Shown one piece after another: positions 28,364 through 38,130 of a stretch of 64,000 nt of DNA (positions are counted from its first letter, which is position 1; each line of letters begins with the position of its first letter). The stretch spans positions 1,376,001 to 1,440,000 of the forward strand of contig CAVSHR010000004.1 in assembly GCA_963727625.1 (NCBI GenBank), read 5' to 3'. Under the pieces are notes generated by a model. That model was not told the DNA's origin. It did not search any database and saw only the letters and a program-made list of their open reading frames with translations. Made by a program: the position numbers and the translations under genes. This stretch comes from an uncultured delta proteobacterium. Its GTDB lineage: Bacteria; Desulfobacterota; Binatia; UBA9968.

Positions 28364-29212
28364 TTAAAGCGGGGCGTCGCGCAGATCGAGCAAGTCCAGG
28401 GGACTGGCGGTGGCACCGAGCTTGGGCTGGCGAATCTGCAAATAGCGCTGGGTACTCTGAAGCGAGTTATGACCCAACAGCGTCTTGATGGTCACTAAGT
28501 CCACGCCACCTTCCAAAAGATGGGTGGCAAAACAATGTCGCAGCGTATGAATGCCTTTGCCTTTTTCAACCCCGCTTTTGTGCTTGGCGAGATTGTAGAC
28601 TTTCTGCGCGGCGGTGATGTGTAGGGGATCATTTCTGGTTTTACCAAAGAAGACCTACATCACGGGTTGATACGTTTGCTTGTATCTCTTCAGTTCCGCC
28701 AAAAGCCTCTTGGAGAGAATCGTGTAACGGTCCTTTTTCCCTTTGCCCTGTTCGACCCGGATCATCATCCGTTCGCAATCGATATCGCTGAGTTTGAGAT
28801 GGATTAGCTCCGTGACTCGCAGTCCGGCCGAGTATGCTGTCATCAGCAAACAGCGATCACGCAATTTGACGGCGGCTTGCAGCAATCGCTCGACCTCTCT
28901 GGGGCTTAACACTTCCGGTAAACGCCAGGTCCGTTTCCTTCGTGGCAAGAAGAACTGTTCTCGGCTCCATCCCAAAACTTGTTGATAGAAAAATCGGAGC
29001 GCCGAAATATTGACGTTCAGCGAACTACTCGACAAACCCCGCTCCTGCAAATGCAACAGATACGTCCGGATTTGGTCCTGGGTCAGCTGATCCGGGAACT
29101 GCCGATAATGCTTAGCTAACCCGACCATCGCGGCCAGGTAAGACTTCTGCGTCCTCGCCGCGAAGTTGCGCAGCTTCATCTCCGCAACCATCTTCTCTCG
29201 TAGTGCTCCCAT
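28364..29212 (-). pseudogene. Tyrosine recombinase interrupted by an in-frame TAG
   Basis: YSAGLRVTE...VEQGKGKKDR precedes TAG at 28657-28655. The same frame continues VFFGK...[36 protein letters not shown] to TAA at 28364. Confidence 0.88.
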
Positions 29213-29419
29213 AAAAACCCTCCTGGATTTAAGATGGGAGCGACGCTATCACGCAAATTGTGAAGACTGGCAGTGGCCTGACTTGATGGGAACTAATGCG
29301 AAAAACAAATGCAGATCAGGGCAGAAAACTTCGCACGGTATCCGCCACCGCGCAGCGGTTTAGTTCAACATTTTTTGGCGAAGGCGGATTCACAGCCCAA
29401 AGAATTGTTGTGCATGCTC

Positions 29420-29605
29420 TTATTCCACCCACAAATAGACGCCTCGGATAGCCGCCTCTGACGCCACCCATTCTACTACGACAATCCGGCGCCAGGCATC
29501 CGTGCTCGACTCTAGCTGCCGGCGCTCATTCAGGAATTCTCGTCGGGATTTCTCGTCTTCCATATATATCCGGTCCCCGATATTCGTCCCGTCATCGTTA
29601 GGCAC
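29420..29605 (-). CDS. Hypothetical small ORF (possible gene-cassette remnant)
   Basis: 61-aa ORF whose stop lies 6 nt before the attC-like hairpin; I recognised no motif. Confidence 0.3.
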   Translation of the reverse strand: MPNDDGTNIGDRIYMEDEKSRREFLNERRQLESSTDAWRRIVVVEWVASEAAIRGVYLWVE

Positions 29606-29669
29606 CTGGATTTTTAGCCCTGGAAGCTATGCTAAGTGAAGCTCCTTTTGGTTCCGGCGAAAGAACCCC

Positions 29670-30209
29670 ATGCACATACTAGTGGTCGAAGACGAAAAGA
29701 AGGTCGCAAGTTTCTTCAAACGCGGGCTTGAGGCGGCAAACTATTCTGTCGATGTGGAGCATGACGGCAAGGCCGGATTGAACCGAAAAATCGAAGGCGG
29801 ATTTGATCTGGTCATTCTCGATGTCATGCTGCCGACGCTCGACGGACTGAGCGTAATGAAGCAAATTCGCCTGCAACGGATCAGCGTGCCGATCCTTTTG
29901 CTCACCGCCCGGGTCACTGTAGCCGACCGGGTCAGCGGACTAGATCGAGGCGCGGATGATTATCTCACCAAGCCGTTTGCCTTTGAAGAACTGCTGGCGC
30001 GTGTGCGCGCGTTACTGCGGCGCGGAGGGCCGCTTGCGCCAACGGTGTTATCTGTGGCGGACTTGCGACTCGATCCGGTGACCCGTGAGGTTAACCGCGG
30101 CAATCGGCGCATCGAGCTGGCGCCCAAGGAGTTCGCCCTGCTTGAGTTTCTCCTCCGCCGGCACGAACAGATCCTCAGCGGCGCGCACTCAAAAACAGTC
30201 ATCAGATAG
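29670..30209 (+). pseudogene. OmpR/CusR-family response regulator, 3'-truncated
   Basis: Intact receiver domain (VVEDE, ILDVMLP, LLTAR, YLTKPF). The winged-helix domain breaks off after EQILS near 30180, and no kinase gene follows. Confidence 0.8.
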
Positions 30210-30481
30210 CCCTATATCGCCCGTTGATCTGGGGCTTTTGAGGTCCGTCGATGACGAACTCATCTGGCAGGGACGGCAGTGTCTCACGTACAACCACCAC
30301 GAAAAGATCAGACCACCGTTGCCTCGGATGCCGTTGGTACATTCAGGAACACCGCCGATCCGGAAAGACTTTGAAATTGCAGAGCCTCTCATAAGGTGAG
30401 TCATCGCCTGTCAACCTTGCCTGGAAAACTAGGATTCGACTGCCTTGATTTGTCCGTCGGCTTCGAATAACTAGTTTCCCC

Positions 30482-30816
30482 ATGAATATACACGATTTAA
30501 CCGTTAACCAACTTAGGCGGGCAGCCGCAATCAAAGAACAACTCGAATCTTTGAATAAGGAGCTGCGAAATATCCTCGGCGATCAGGCAACTCCCGGTTG
30601 GCGACAAAGAATCACGGGCCCATGAGCGCTTCTACGAAAAGGAAAATCGCGGCGGCTCAGAGAGCACGCTGGGCAAGCTTGCGGCGGGCGAACCCAGCGA
30701 AGCGGTCAGTCAAGCCTACTGCCAAAAAAATGAAAATGAGCCCGGCGGCCAGAGCGAAATTGTCGGCCAAATTGAAGGCTTACTGGGCGGCGAAGAAAGC
30801 TGGGAAGAAGACCTGA
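30482..30816 (+). pseudogene. Lys/Ala-rich basic (histone H1-like) protein split over two frames
   Basis: 30482-30625 encodes MNIHDLTVNQLRRAAAIKEQLESLNKELRNILG; a second frame gives MSASTKRKIAAAQRARW...MSPAARAKLSAKLKAYWAAKKAGKKT. Confidence 0.6.
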
Positions 30817-32085
30817 ATCTTTTCGCTCCTGCTATCAACTCGAGTAAAAATTTGATTTTTATCTTTTGTCTGCATTGTTTGAATTTCCACGTACTCCCTA
30901 ATCATAATTCCCTCCGCAACCCGTGTAGCCCATGCGATTCCCGCGTGTCTCGATGGTCGGCCCCGGTCCCTTAATAACACCTATGGCGTCACCGGTTCCT
31001 GCAGAACTGCCTGACACTCACTGCAGCCCGGCACCTGCAAGCACTTCTCTAGTTCTGATTCTAGACGGCCCTCATACTTTTCCGCGACGGTTCGCGCATC
31101 TTTCGCGCGGTCGAGGCCGCAGTTTGCGACGCGATATCTTTGTTCAGTAAACTTGCGCGATGCCGGGGCCAATCCCCGAATCGCCGCCGGTGATGACGAT
31201 TACCGGTGAGATTCATCATGACGGGTTTCATTGTCGCGCATTGATTTTATCTCTCTCGGACAAGAGCTCGTCCATTTGATGGCCACGAAAAATTCCGCCA
31301 TAGCGCTAGGCGGTTCCGTTCCGATCTGCGCGACCCCGCCAAAGATGAAAAGCGTAATGCTGCGCACCGGAATTTTATATTGCAATGCCACCACCGAGTG
31401 GCCCTTTTCAGTGGTCCCCTTCGTTGATATCGGGTGGGTCCCTAAAGTGAAATCGAACACGTTGCCATATCTGGATCCAATCGCCCTCTTTTGAGGCTGA
31501 TTACCAATATTCTGAAAGTGCTACAGGTCTAGCTACGATGCAGTCAATGGTTTCCTACCCAACGCGTCCCACATTGCCTGAAGCCGTGGTCGGCCGGGTT
31601 TTTCATGAATACATAGATGATCCGTAGCGGCTTTGCCGTACAATCTAGTGCAATCCCCGCAACAGCATCGGATAGTTTTACAAATCCTTTGCGCCTGGCG
31701 TCGAGGGAGGAACATGACAGTCTATTACCTTCGCGATTAATGAATCGATCACAAAGTATTCTGTTCACCAATTAAAACGGGTCAGGATAGCATGCTCAAG
31801 ACTGTGCGACTTTTGTGCGATGCCAGTTAGCACACCCGTGCATTTAGGCACCGTTGGCCTTATTCCACATCTCGTAATTTCGGGTAGTTAACTGTTGTAG
31901 ACGCTTGGTAGTACTTACATTTTCGTCTTCAAATCCCGGCCCCGCAACCAACTTCGAAGGCCTCTCCTCAAGTTTCTCCAAACGGAAAAGTCCCGTCCTT
32001 CGTCAGTCTTGCATTCCGGCCTGAATCATCCATCGACTAGCAAACCTCCGTCGATTGCGTCTGATGCGCCACATGATAATTTGAA

Positions 32086-32805
32086 TTGAAAGCCATGACC
32101 TTCAAATTGAAAAATGAATTTGCGAGCTTTCGACCAGTGACGTCGAATTTTCCGAGAGTGGCCGCCGGGCTGGTTGCTCTCGCTCTCATGCTTTTCGCAC
32201 CGTTGCAAAGCGGGGTCGATGCGTCTCCGAGTTATACCGATAAACAGATGGATGCCTTGGCAACGCGCGTGGGGCGGACTTTTTGGATCTACGCTCAGGA
32301 CAACAAGTTGCCGGTGTTCGTCACCGCACCCAACGCCGCGGCGGCGACGGTTCATCCGGGAAACAAGGAGTCTTTCGTCATCACGGACCTTGCCGGACGC
32401 GCAAAAAGGGACCCTTACTACACGGTAAAATTTGAGTCAGGAAAAATCGCATATATTCGACCGGACCTGTTTCATGAAGCGCTCAATCTGACGATTTTAT
32501 CTGTCGATCCCTTCGCTGACGAAAAGCGAAAGGCGGCACAACAGGCGGCCGAAGAAAAAAATCGCGTTGATTGGATCAAAGCCCAACCTTGGTCACTGGC
32601 GGTCAAAGAGGCGGCGATCAAAAAGCAGCCGACTCCCGGCTTAAACAGCGCGGAGGTGAGACGGGTCTTTGGTAAGCCGCAGCGAATCACGAAGCTGCGC
32701 GGTCCGATAAAGGTATCCGAGGAACACTGGTTTTATCCGGACGGATCAGTTTTGGTAATGACCAATGGACTGTTGACCGGAATGGAAAAACCGCCGAGCA
32801 AATGA
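32086..32805 (+). CDS. Hypothetical exported protein
   Basis: N-terminal hydrophobic signal and a C-terminal GLNSAEVRRVFGKP...EEHWFY pattern (BamE/DUF2845-like); start uncertain. Confidence 0.7.
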   Translation: MKAMTFKLKNEFASFRPVTSNFPRVAAGLVALALMLFAPLQSGVDASPSYTDKQMDALATRVGRTFWIYAQDNKLPVFVTAPNAAAATVHPGNKESFVITDLAGRAKRDPYYTVKFESGKIAYIRPDLFHEALNLTILSVDPFADEKRKAAQQAAEEKNRVDWIKAQPWSLAVKEAAIKKQPTPGLNSAEVRRVFGKPQRITKLRGPIKVSEEHWFYPDGSVLVMTNGLLTGMEKPPSK

Positions 32806-32980
32806 CCGCTTCCATGTTTTACTCGTTCTGCAGCGGCTACCACAGTTGCATAACACCACGGACACGATTTGGAGTTAAAAATAGTCCTATTCCCCGGAGA
32901 CCGCCACGGTTGGAAAAGGCTTTTTTTACGCTTTCCAGCTAGACCACGTCTGCGGGCGCCGACAACTTGTGGAGTCCACT

Positions 32981-33478
32981 CTATAATTTTAATTTTTTCA
33001 GCTTTTCATTTCGCCGCCGCTCAACTCTGGAAAGCCGGTTTGGATTGCCTCGCTTAGTTGCAGGATAAATCTCGTCTGCGAGATCGTCGCCACTCGGCCC
33101 GACATCCAGGCTGCGGAGAATTTGGCTGAATTCATTCGACGCGATCGCGACGGCGCCGAACCGCTCGACAGCGTTGCTAATCTCGCGATCGGAGGTTACC
33201 ACGACCGAACCGCCGCCCTTCTCGTGCGCCAACCGAACGATAACCGCATCGGCTTTTTCATTGAGCCGGGAATACAGAACTGCTATTCCATCGACTTTCT
33301 GCGACGTTTGCTCATTTCGGCCGGCGCGCCAACCGTCGAAGACTACCGTTACTTTAAACTGTTTGACTTTCTGGTATAACGAAAGCCGTTGAACCAGCCA
33401 GTTGCGTTTGGGCTCTAGGGCTCCGTGCAGCCCCTGTTCGCCGCCGATCAAATTATAGCCGTCAACAATAATGTCCAT
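32981..33478 (-). CDS. YacP/Rae1-like NYN-domain RNase
   Basis: IIVDGYN, VVFDG, EKADAVI and VVTSDREI motifs. Confidence 0.88.
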   Translation of the reverse strand: MDIIVDGYNLIGGEQGLHGALEPKRNWLVQRLSLYQKVKQFKVTVVFDGWRAGRNEQTSQKVDGIAVLYSRLNEKADAVIVRLAHEKGGGSVVVTSDREISNAVERFGAVAIASNEFSQILRSLDVGPSGDDLADEIYPATKRGNPNRLSRVERRRNEKLKKLKL

Positions 33479-33592
33479 GGCTCGGTCCCCACCCATACTG
33501 GGCCGGTTTAGAATGAGGCTTTCACAGTCGGTTGTCAAAACAGAAAAAAACAGGTACAACCGTTGCGATTTTCTAATGGAGGATCTGCGCAA

Positions 33593-34765
33593 TTGTCATT
33601 TAATATCAACAAAGCTAAAAGAATCAAAGAGTTGCCACCCTATCTCTTCGCCGAGATCGATCGCGGCAAACGCGAAGCATTAGCCCGGGGTGTCGATCTC
33701 ATCGATCTAGGTATTGGTGATCCGGATATCCCGACACCAACCCCGATCGTCGAGAAATTGCTCGAAGGTGCCAGCAAGCCAGTCAATCACCGTTATCCGA
33801 ACAGCTCGGGCATGTTGGAATTCCGAGAAGCAGTGGCTAATTGGTATAAATCGCGCTTTAACGTAACCCTCGATCCGTCGAAAGAAGTCGTTTCACTGAT
33901 CGGTTCCAAGGAAGGCATCGGCAATATGGCCGTCGCTTTTGTCGATCCGGGAGACGTGGTCCTTGTCGCGAGCCCCTGTTACCCCGTCTATCACATCGGC
34001 ACGGCCTTCAACGGCGGCAAAAACTATTTTCTCCCGTTGAAGCGGGAGAATCACTTTTTACCCGATCTCAACTCGATTCCGAGCGAGGTTGCCAAACAGG
34101 CCAAACTGCTGTGGATAAACTATCCTAACAATCCCACGGCCGCCGTCGCGGATGCCGATTTTTTCAAGCGGGTTGTCGAATTCGCCAACGAAAATCGCAT
34201 TATCGTTTGCCACGACGCCGCCTACACTGAGATGGGTTACGACGGCTACCGGCCGATGAGCTTTCTCGAAGTCGGCGGCGCTCGCGAAGTCGGCATCGAA
34301 TTTCACTCTCTGTCGAAGACCTTTAACATGACCGGCTGGCGCATCGGCATGGCCGTTGGCAACCCGGAAATTGTCGGCGGACTGGCCCAGGCCAAATCCA
34401 ACTTGGATTCCGGAATCTTCCAAGCGATTCAGGAAGCCGGCATCGAAGCGCTCCGCTTGGGCGATCAGATCATCGAGCCGTCACGTAAAATTTATCAAGA
34501 ACGGCGCGACATTCTGGTCGACGGCCTGCGTGCCGTCGGGCTCGACTGCGAAAAACCCCGCGCGACCTTTTACGTTTGGGTCGCTTGCCCCAAAGGGCTT
34601 TCGTCAGCCGATTTCACCGCCAAGCTGCTTAACGAAGCCGGGGTCGTAACCACTCCCGGCAACGGTTTCGGCGACGCCGGCGAAGGCTATGTGCGTTTCA
34701 CCGTTTGCGTTGACAAAGAACGACTGCGGGAGGTTGCGGAACGGATTCGACGGGTCAAGCTGTAA
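33593..34765 (+). CDS. dapL: LL-diaminopimelate aminotransferase-like class I/II aminotransferase
   Basis: LPPYLFAEID, LIGSKEGI, NYPNNPT, HDAAY and SLSKTFNMTGWRIG motifs; TTG start after GGAGG. Confidence 0.8.
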   Translation: MSFNINKAKRIKELPPYLFAEIDRGKREALARGVDLIDLGIGDPDIPTPTPIVEKLLEGASKPVNHRYPNSSGMLEFREAVANWYKSRFNVTLDPSKEVVSLIGSKEGIGNMAVAFVDPGDVVLVASPCYPVYHIGTAFNGGKNYFLPLKRENHFLPDLNSIPSEVAKQAKLLWINYPNNPTAAVADADFFKRVVEFANENRIIVCHDAAYTEMGYDGYRPMSFLEVGGAREVGIEFHSLSKTFNMTGWRIGMAVGNPEIVGGLAQAKSNLDSGIFQAIQEAGIEALRLGDQIIEPSRKIYQERRDILVDGLRAVGLDCEKPRATFYVWVACPKGLSSADFTAKLLNEAGVVTTPGNGFGDAGEGYVRFTVCVDKERLREVAERIRRVKL

Positions 34766-34789
34766 GAATTCCATTCCCGAAGCGGCGCC

Positions 34790-35293
34790 ATGGCAAACGC
34801 GATCACCCATCAAGTTTATGTCGGAATCGGTTCCAACGTAGGGAACAAGAAAGAAAATTTCATCGAGGCCGTAAACCGACTTACGAAGCTGCCAGACACC
34901 AAGGTGATCAAAGAATCATCGCTTTACGAAAGCGAACCTTTAGGGGACGCTAAAGATTGGTACGTCAACGGTGCCGTCGAGATCGAGACCAGATTCAAGC
35001 CCGACATGCTGCTCAAGAAATTTAAAAATATCGAGCGGGCCATGGGCCGAAAGAAAGTAAAGAAACGCTGGGGTTCGCGCATCATCGACTTGGACATCTT
35101 GCTCTACGACGCCGCGGTAATTAACAAGAAAAACTTGCGAATTCCGCACCCGGAAATGCCCAGCCGCAAATTTGTTCTCATCCCGTTGAGCGAGATCGCG
35201 CCGCAAGTAATCCATCCGGAGCTTGGCGTGACCATCTCCGAGCTCTTGATCAACATCAAAGATGAGAAGAAAATACACCTGTATCACGCTTAG
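34790..35293 (+). CDS. folK: 6-hydroxymethyl-7,8-dihydropterin pyrophosphokinase
   Basis: YVGIGSNVG, SSLYESEP, WGSRIIDLDIL and IPHP motifs. Confidence 0.95.
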   Translation: MANAITHQVYVGIGSNVGNKKENFIEAVNRLTKLPDTKVIKESSLYESEPLGDAKDWYVNGAVEIETRFKPDMLLKKFKNIERAMGRKKVKKRWGSRIIDLDILLYDAAVINKKNLRIPHPEMPSRKFVLIPLSEIAPQVIHPELGVTISELLINIKDEKKIHLYHA

Positions 35294-35326
35294 GTCTTGG
35301 TATAACCGTCAAACGGAAGCGAAATA

Positions 35327-35563
35327 TTGGTGTTCCGTCTCGTCGTAATTTTTGTATTATTTTACCTCCTTCTCTCGGTGCTGAAAGGGATTATTTTTCG
35401 CGGCAAGGGCAGCGCGCCGAGTCGGGAAAAATCGAAAACCGAGAGCGAGGAAATGGTCCTCGACCCGCAATGCCAAAGCTACATCCCCAAATCGGCAGCT
35501 GTGGTGCAATCAGGCAAGTATTTTTGCAGTCAGGAATGTGCGCGGCTTTATCTAGCGCGCTAG
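35327..35563 (+). CDS. Small membrane-anchored protein with a TRASH/YHS-like Cys motif (PP0621-like)
   Basis: N-terminal TM segment; EMVLDPQCQSYIP...YFCSQEC. Confidence 0.75.
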   Translation: MVFRLVVIFVLFYLLLSVLKGIIFRGKGSAPSREKSKTESEEMVLDPQCQSYIPKSAAVVQSGKYFCSQECARLYLAR

Positions 35564-36973
35564 AGCGCGAAGAATTTTTTCGTGGACGTTGTCGAACCCG
35601 CCGTTCGACATCACCAGCACCAAATCGCCCGGCTGTGCTTCGCGCGCGATGGTCCCGGCAATTTCGTCGGCGGTCGTTATTTGCCTGGCCCGGTCTTTGA
35701 CACCCGACCGATTGATCGCGGCCACGACATTCTCGACAGAGAGACGTTCGCCGTCGGCGACCTTTTCCGGCTGATAGACGCTTGCTACGAGGACTCGATC
35801 GGCCATAGCTAAAGCCCTGGCAAACTCTTTCTCGAAAATATTGCGTTTGCTGGTATTACTGCGCGGCTCGAAAACTGCCCACAACCTGCGGCCATTGTAG
35901 GCGGACTGGACCGCCTCGATAGTCTCGCGCACCGCAGTGGGATGATGCGCAAAGTCATCCATTACCAAAACCCCTCTGCGTTCACCACGCATCTCCTGGC
36001 GCCGCTTCACGCCGCGAAAACTCGCGAAACCGCCGAGGAGCTGGGTTCGCTCGATTCCGATGGCCCGACCCAACGCATAGACCGCCAAGGCATTTTTGAC
36101 GTTGTGTCGGCCGATCAAACCAACTTCGATCCGTCCTTCGGATTGTCCGCGGTAGCATGGTTCAAAGAACGTACGGCCTTGGTGGCATTCAAGGTTGATG
36201 GCTCGCCAATCGCTGCCGGCGCCATCGCCGTAAAGGACCCGGCCACAGCGCGCTGCGGCCGCGATTTCGCCAGCCACAGGATAATCGTTGCAGACGACCA
36301 GAGTGCCGTCCCGCGGAATAATGTCCATAAGGCGCAGGAACGCGATCCTCACATGGTCGAGATCACGATAAATATCGGCGTGATCGAATTCGACACTGGT
36401 GAGAATGACATGTCGGGGCCGGTAATGAAGAAATTTTGGCCCCTTGTCAAAGAACGCCGTGTCGTATTCGTCGCCTTCGATCACCACATGATCGCCCGTG
36501 CCAACCTTCCAGCCGCTGGAAAAATTGACCGGCACTCCGCCGACAAAAAAACCCGGGTCGAGCCCCGCGCAGGTCAAGACCCACGCGGCCAAGGCGCTGG
36601 TCGTCGTTTTGCCGTGGGTACCGGCCACCACCAGCGACTTTCTCGAGCCGATAAGGAATTCCCCCAGCGCCTGCGGAAAAGAAAGATAAGGGATGTTCTG
36701 TGCCAGCACCGTTTGCGCTTCTGGGTTGGCGCGCGACACGGCGTTGCCAACGATCACCAGATCCGGCCGCGGTTTTACATGATCGGCCTGGAACCCCGCG
36801 AGCACTTCGATGCCAATTTCGCTCAAGTACGTGCTCATGGGCGGATATATATTCTGATCGGAGCCGGTCACGCGGTAGCCGCACGATTGGAGCAGACCGG
36901 CCAGCGACGCCATGCCAACGCCGCACACCGCGATCAAATGAATATGACTGCCAGGCGCCGGCTGCTCGCTCAT
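35552..36973 (-). CDS. mpl: Murein peptide ligase Mpl
   Basis: VCGVGMASLA, VAGTHGKTTT, EGDEYDTAFFDKGPKFLHY, DDFAHHPTA and MSNGGF motifs. Confidence 0.93.
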   Translation of the reverse strand: MSEQPAPGSHIHLIAVCGVGMASLAGLLQSCGYRVTGSDQNIYPPMSTYLSEIGIEVLAGFQADHVKPRPDLVIVGNAVSRANPEAQTVLAQNIPYLSFPQALGEFLIGSRKSLVVAGTHGKTTTSALAAWVLTCAGLDPGFFVGGVPVNFSSGWKVGTGDHVVIEGDEYDTAFFDKGPKFLHYRPRHVILTSVEFDHADIYRDLDHVRIAFLRLMDIIPRDGTLVVCNDYPVAGEIAAAARCGRVLYGDGAGSDWRAINLECHQGRTFFEPCYRGQSEGRIEVGLIGRHNVKNALAVYALGRAIGIERTQLLGGFASFRGVKRRQEMRGERRGVLVMDDFAHHPTAVRETIEAVQSAYNGRRLWAVFEPRSNTSKRNIFEKEFARALAMADRVLVASVYQPEKVADGERLSVENVVAAINRSGVKDRARQITTADEIAGTIAREAQPGDLVLVMSNGGFDNVHEKILRALAR

Positions 36974-38097
36974 GAAAAGAGAACTTTCATGATCTGATCG
37001 TGGATATACGGTCGGAATTCTTTAATCTTGTCGTTTTTGCGGGTCGGATGCACTCGGTTGGTCAACAGCACGACATGGCAATGTTTCTCCAGGTCCCACC
37101 ATAGGGAACAGCCAGTGTAGCCCAAGTGACCGACCGAATGTTTCGAAAACAAACTACCGCTGGCCGAGCGCTCGGACGACGGCGTATCCCAACCGAGGGC
37201 AAAGACAGCATTGGGCGACGACTCGTCTTTCTTGAAAAATTCCTGGACCAGCTGCTGCGGCAAGAAACTATCCTTACCCTCAAAGCAGCGGCTCATGCGC
37301 AGCACAAACTCATGGACGTCGCGCGCCGAAGAGAAGAGTCCGGCATGGCCCACCACGCCTCCCATTGCGTACGCGTTATCATCATGGACTTCACCGCAAA
37401 GAACCTTCTTGCGCCAAGGGCAATTCTCGGTCGGAGCAATCATGTCTTCCACCGGTTGAAGACGGTGAGTGCGCAGCAGGGTGAGATCTACAAAACCCGT
37501 GGCGCGAAGCCCCAGCGGTTTAAAAATCTTGTCCTGACAGAAGCGATCCAGCGTGTTGCCCGTGAGCACCTCGATCGCTTCGCCTAAAATCATAAAGCCG
37601 AGGTCGCTGTACAGACACTGGCTACCCGGTGCGGTCAAAGGCCTTTCTCGGTGAATCTGTTCGAAGACGTAATTTTTCGCCGCCCGGCTGGCAACGAAAT
37701 TAATTCGGCCGGCTTTTTCGTGTTTTATAATTTCTTCGTAGAAGGCCTTCCAAGCCGGAAGACCCGAAGAATGGTTGAGCAGCTGCCGAATCGTCGTAAG
37801 ATTCTTGCCGAACACGCCGTACATCGGAATCACCCGGGTTATTAGATCGTCGAGTCGCAGTTTCTTTTCCTTGCCCAGGAGCATGATGGCAACCGTGGTC
37901 GCCATCGGCTTGGTCAGGGAAGCGAGATCGAAAATCGTACCGAGGCCCATCGGCGTTTTACGCGGTGCCAGCGAGCGATAGCCGAACGCTCGCTCATAGA
38001 CGACCTCGGCATCTTTACTCACGAGCACAACAGCTCCCGGAAAGACCCCCTCCGCAACCGCCTTTTCAAAAGCATTTTCGACGGGATAAAAATCCAT
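36970..38097 (-). CDS. Beta-lactamase-fold serine hydrolase (AmpC/AmiE-like)
   Basis: SxxK in ASLTKP, LLNHSSGL, YSD, GEVHDDNA and GHLGYTG motifs; no signal peptide. Confidence 0.88.
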   Translation of the reverse strand: MDFYPVENAFEKAVAEGVFPGAVVLVSKDAEVVYERAFGYRSLAPRKTPMGLGTIFDLASLTKPMATTVAIMLLGKEKKLRLDDLITRVIPMYGVFGKNLTTIRQLLNHSSGLPAWKAFYEEIIKHEKAGRINFVASRAAKNYVFEQIHRERPLTAPGSQCLYSDLGFMILGEAIEVLTGNTLDRFCQDKIFKPLGLRATGFVDLTLLRTHRLQPVEDMIAPTENCPWRKKVLCGEVHDDNAYAMGGVVGHAGLFSSARDVHEFVLRMSRCFEGKDSFLPQQLVQEFFKKDESSPNAVFALGWDTPSSERSASGSLFSKHSVGHLGYTGCSLWWDLEKHCHVVLLTNRVHPTRKNDKIKEFRPYIHDQIMKVLFS

Positions 38098-38130
38098 TTT
38101 CAACGAACTATGAAATTCCAAGCCACACGA

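Larger units (their letters stand above)
26927..29370 (-). mobile_element. Two-gene element: tyrosine recombinase + IS91-family Y2 transposase, bounded by 16-bp imperfect inverted repeats
   Basis: TGTTGGACTAAACTGC (26927-26942) matches the reverse complement of GCGGTTTAGTTCAACA (29355-29370) at 14/16 positions. An oriIS-like ATTAAAATCCCCATAG lies on the minus strand at 26979-26964. Confidence 0.8.

Noticed and set aside
30205-30310. Minus-strand LPSLPDEFVIDG resembling an ATP-dependent DNA ligase fragment
   Set aside because: Too short and degenerate to support without a search.
30932-31771. Several 60-90 aa ORFs in the lower-GC stretch
   Set aside because: No motifs or convincing RBS, and they overlap on both strands; probably decayed DNA.
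31867-31894. Another dif-like candidate (..CGTAA TTTCGG GTAGTTAACT)
   Set aside because: The right arm is out of register; likely chance.
34110-34118. Perfect DnaA box TGTGGATAA inside the aminotransferase gene
   Set aside because: Isolated and explained by the codons for L-W-I-N.
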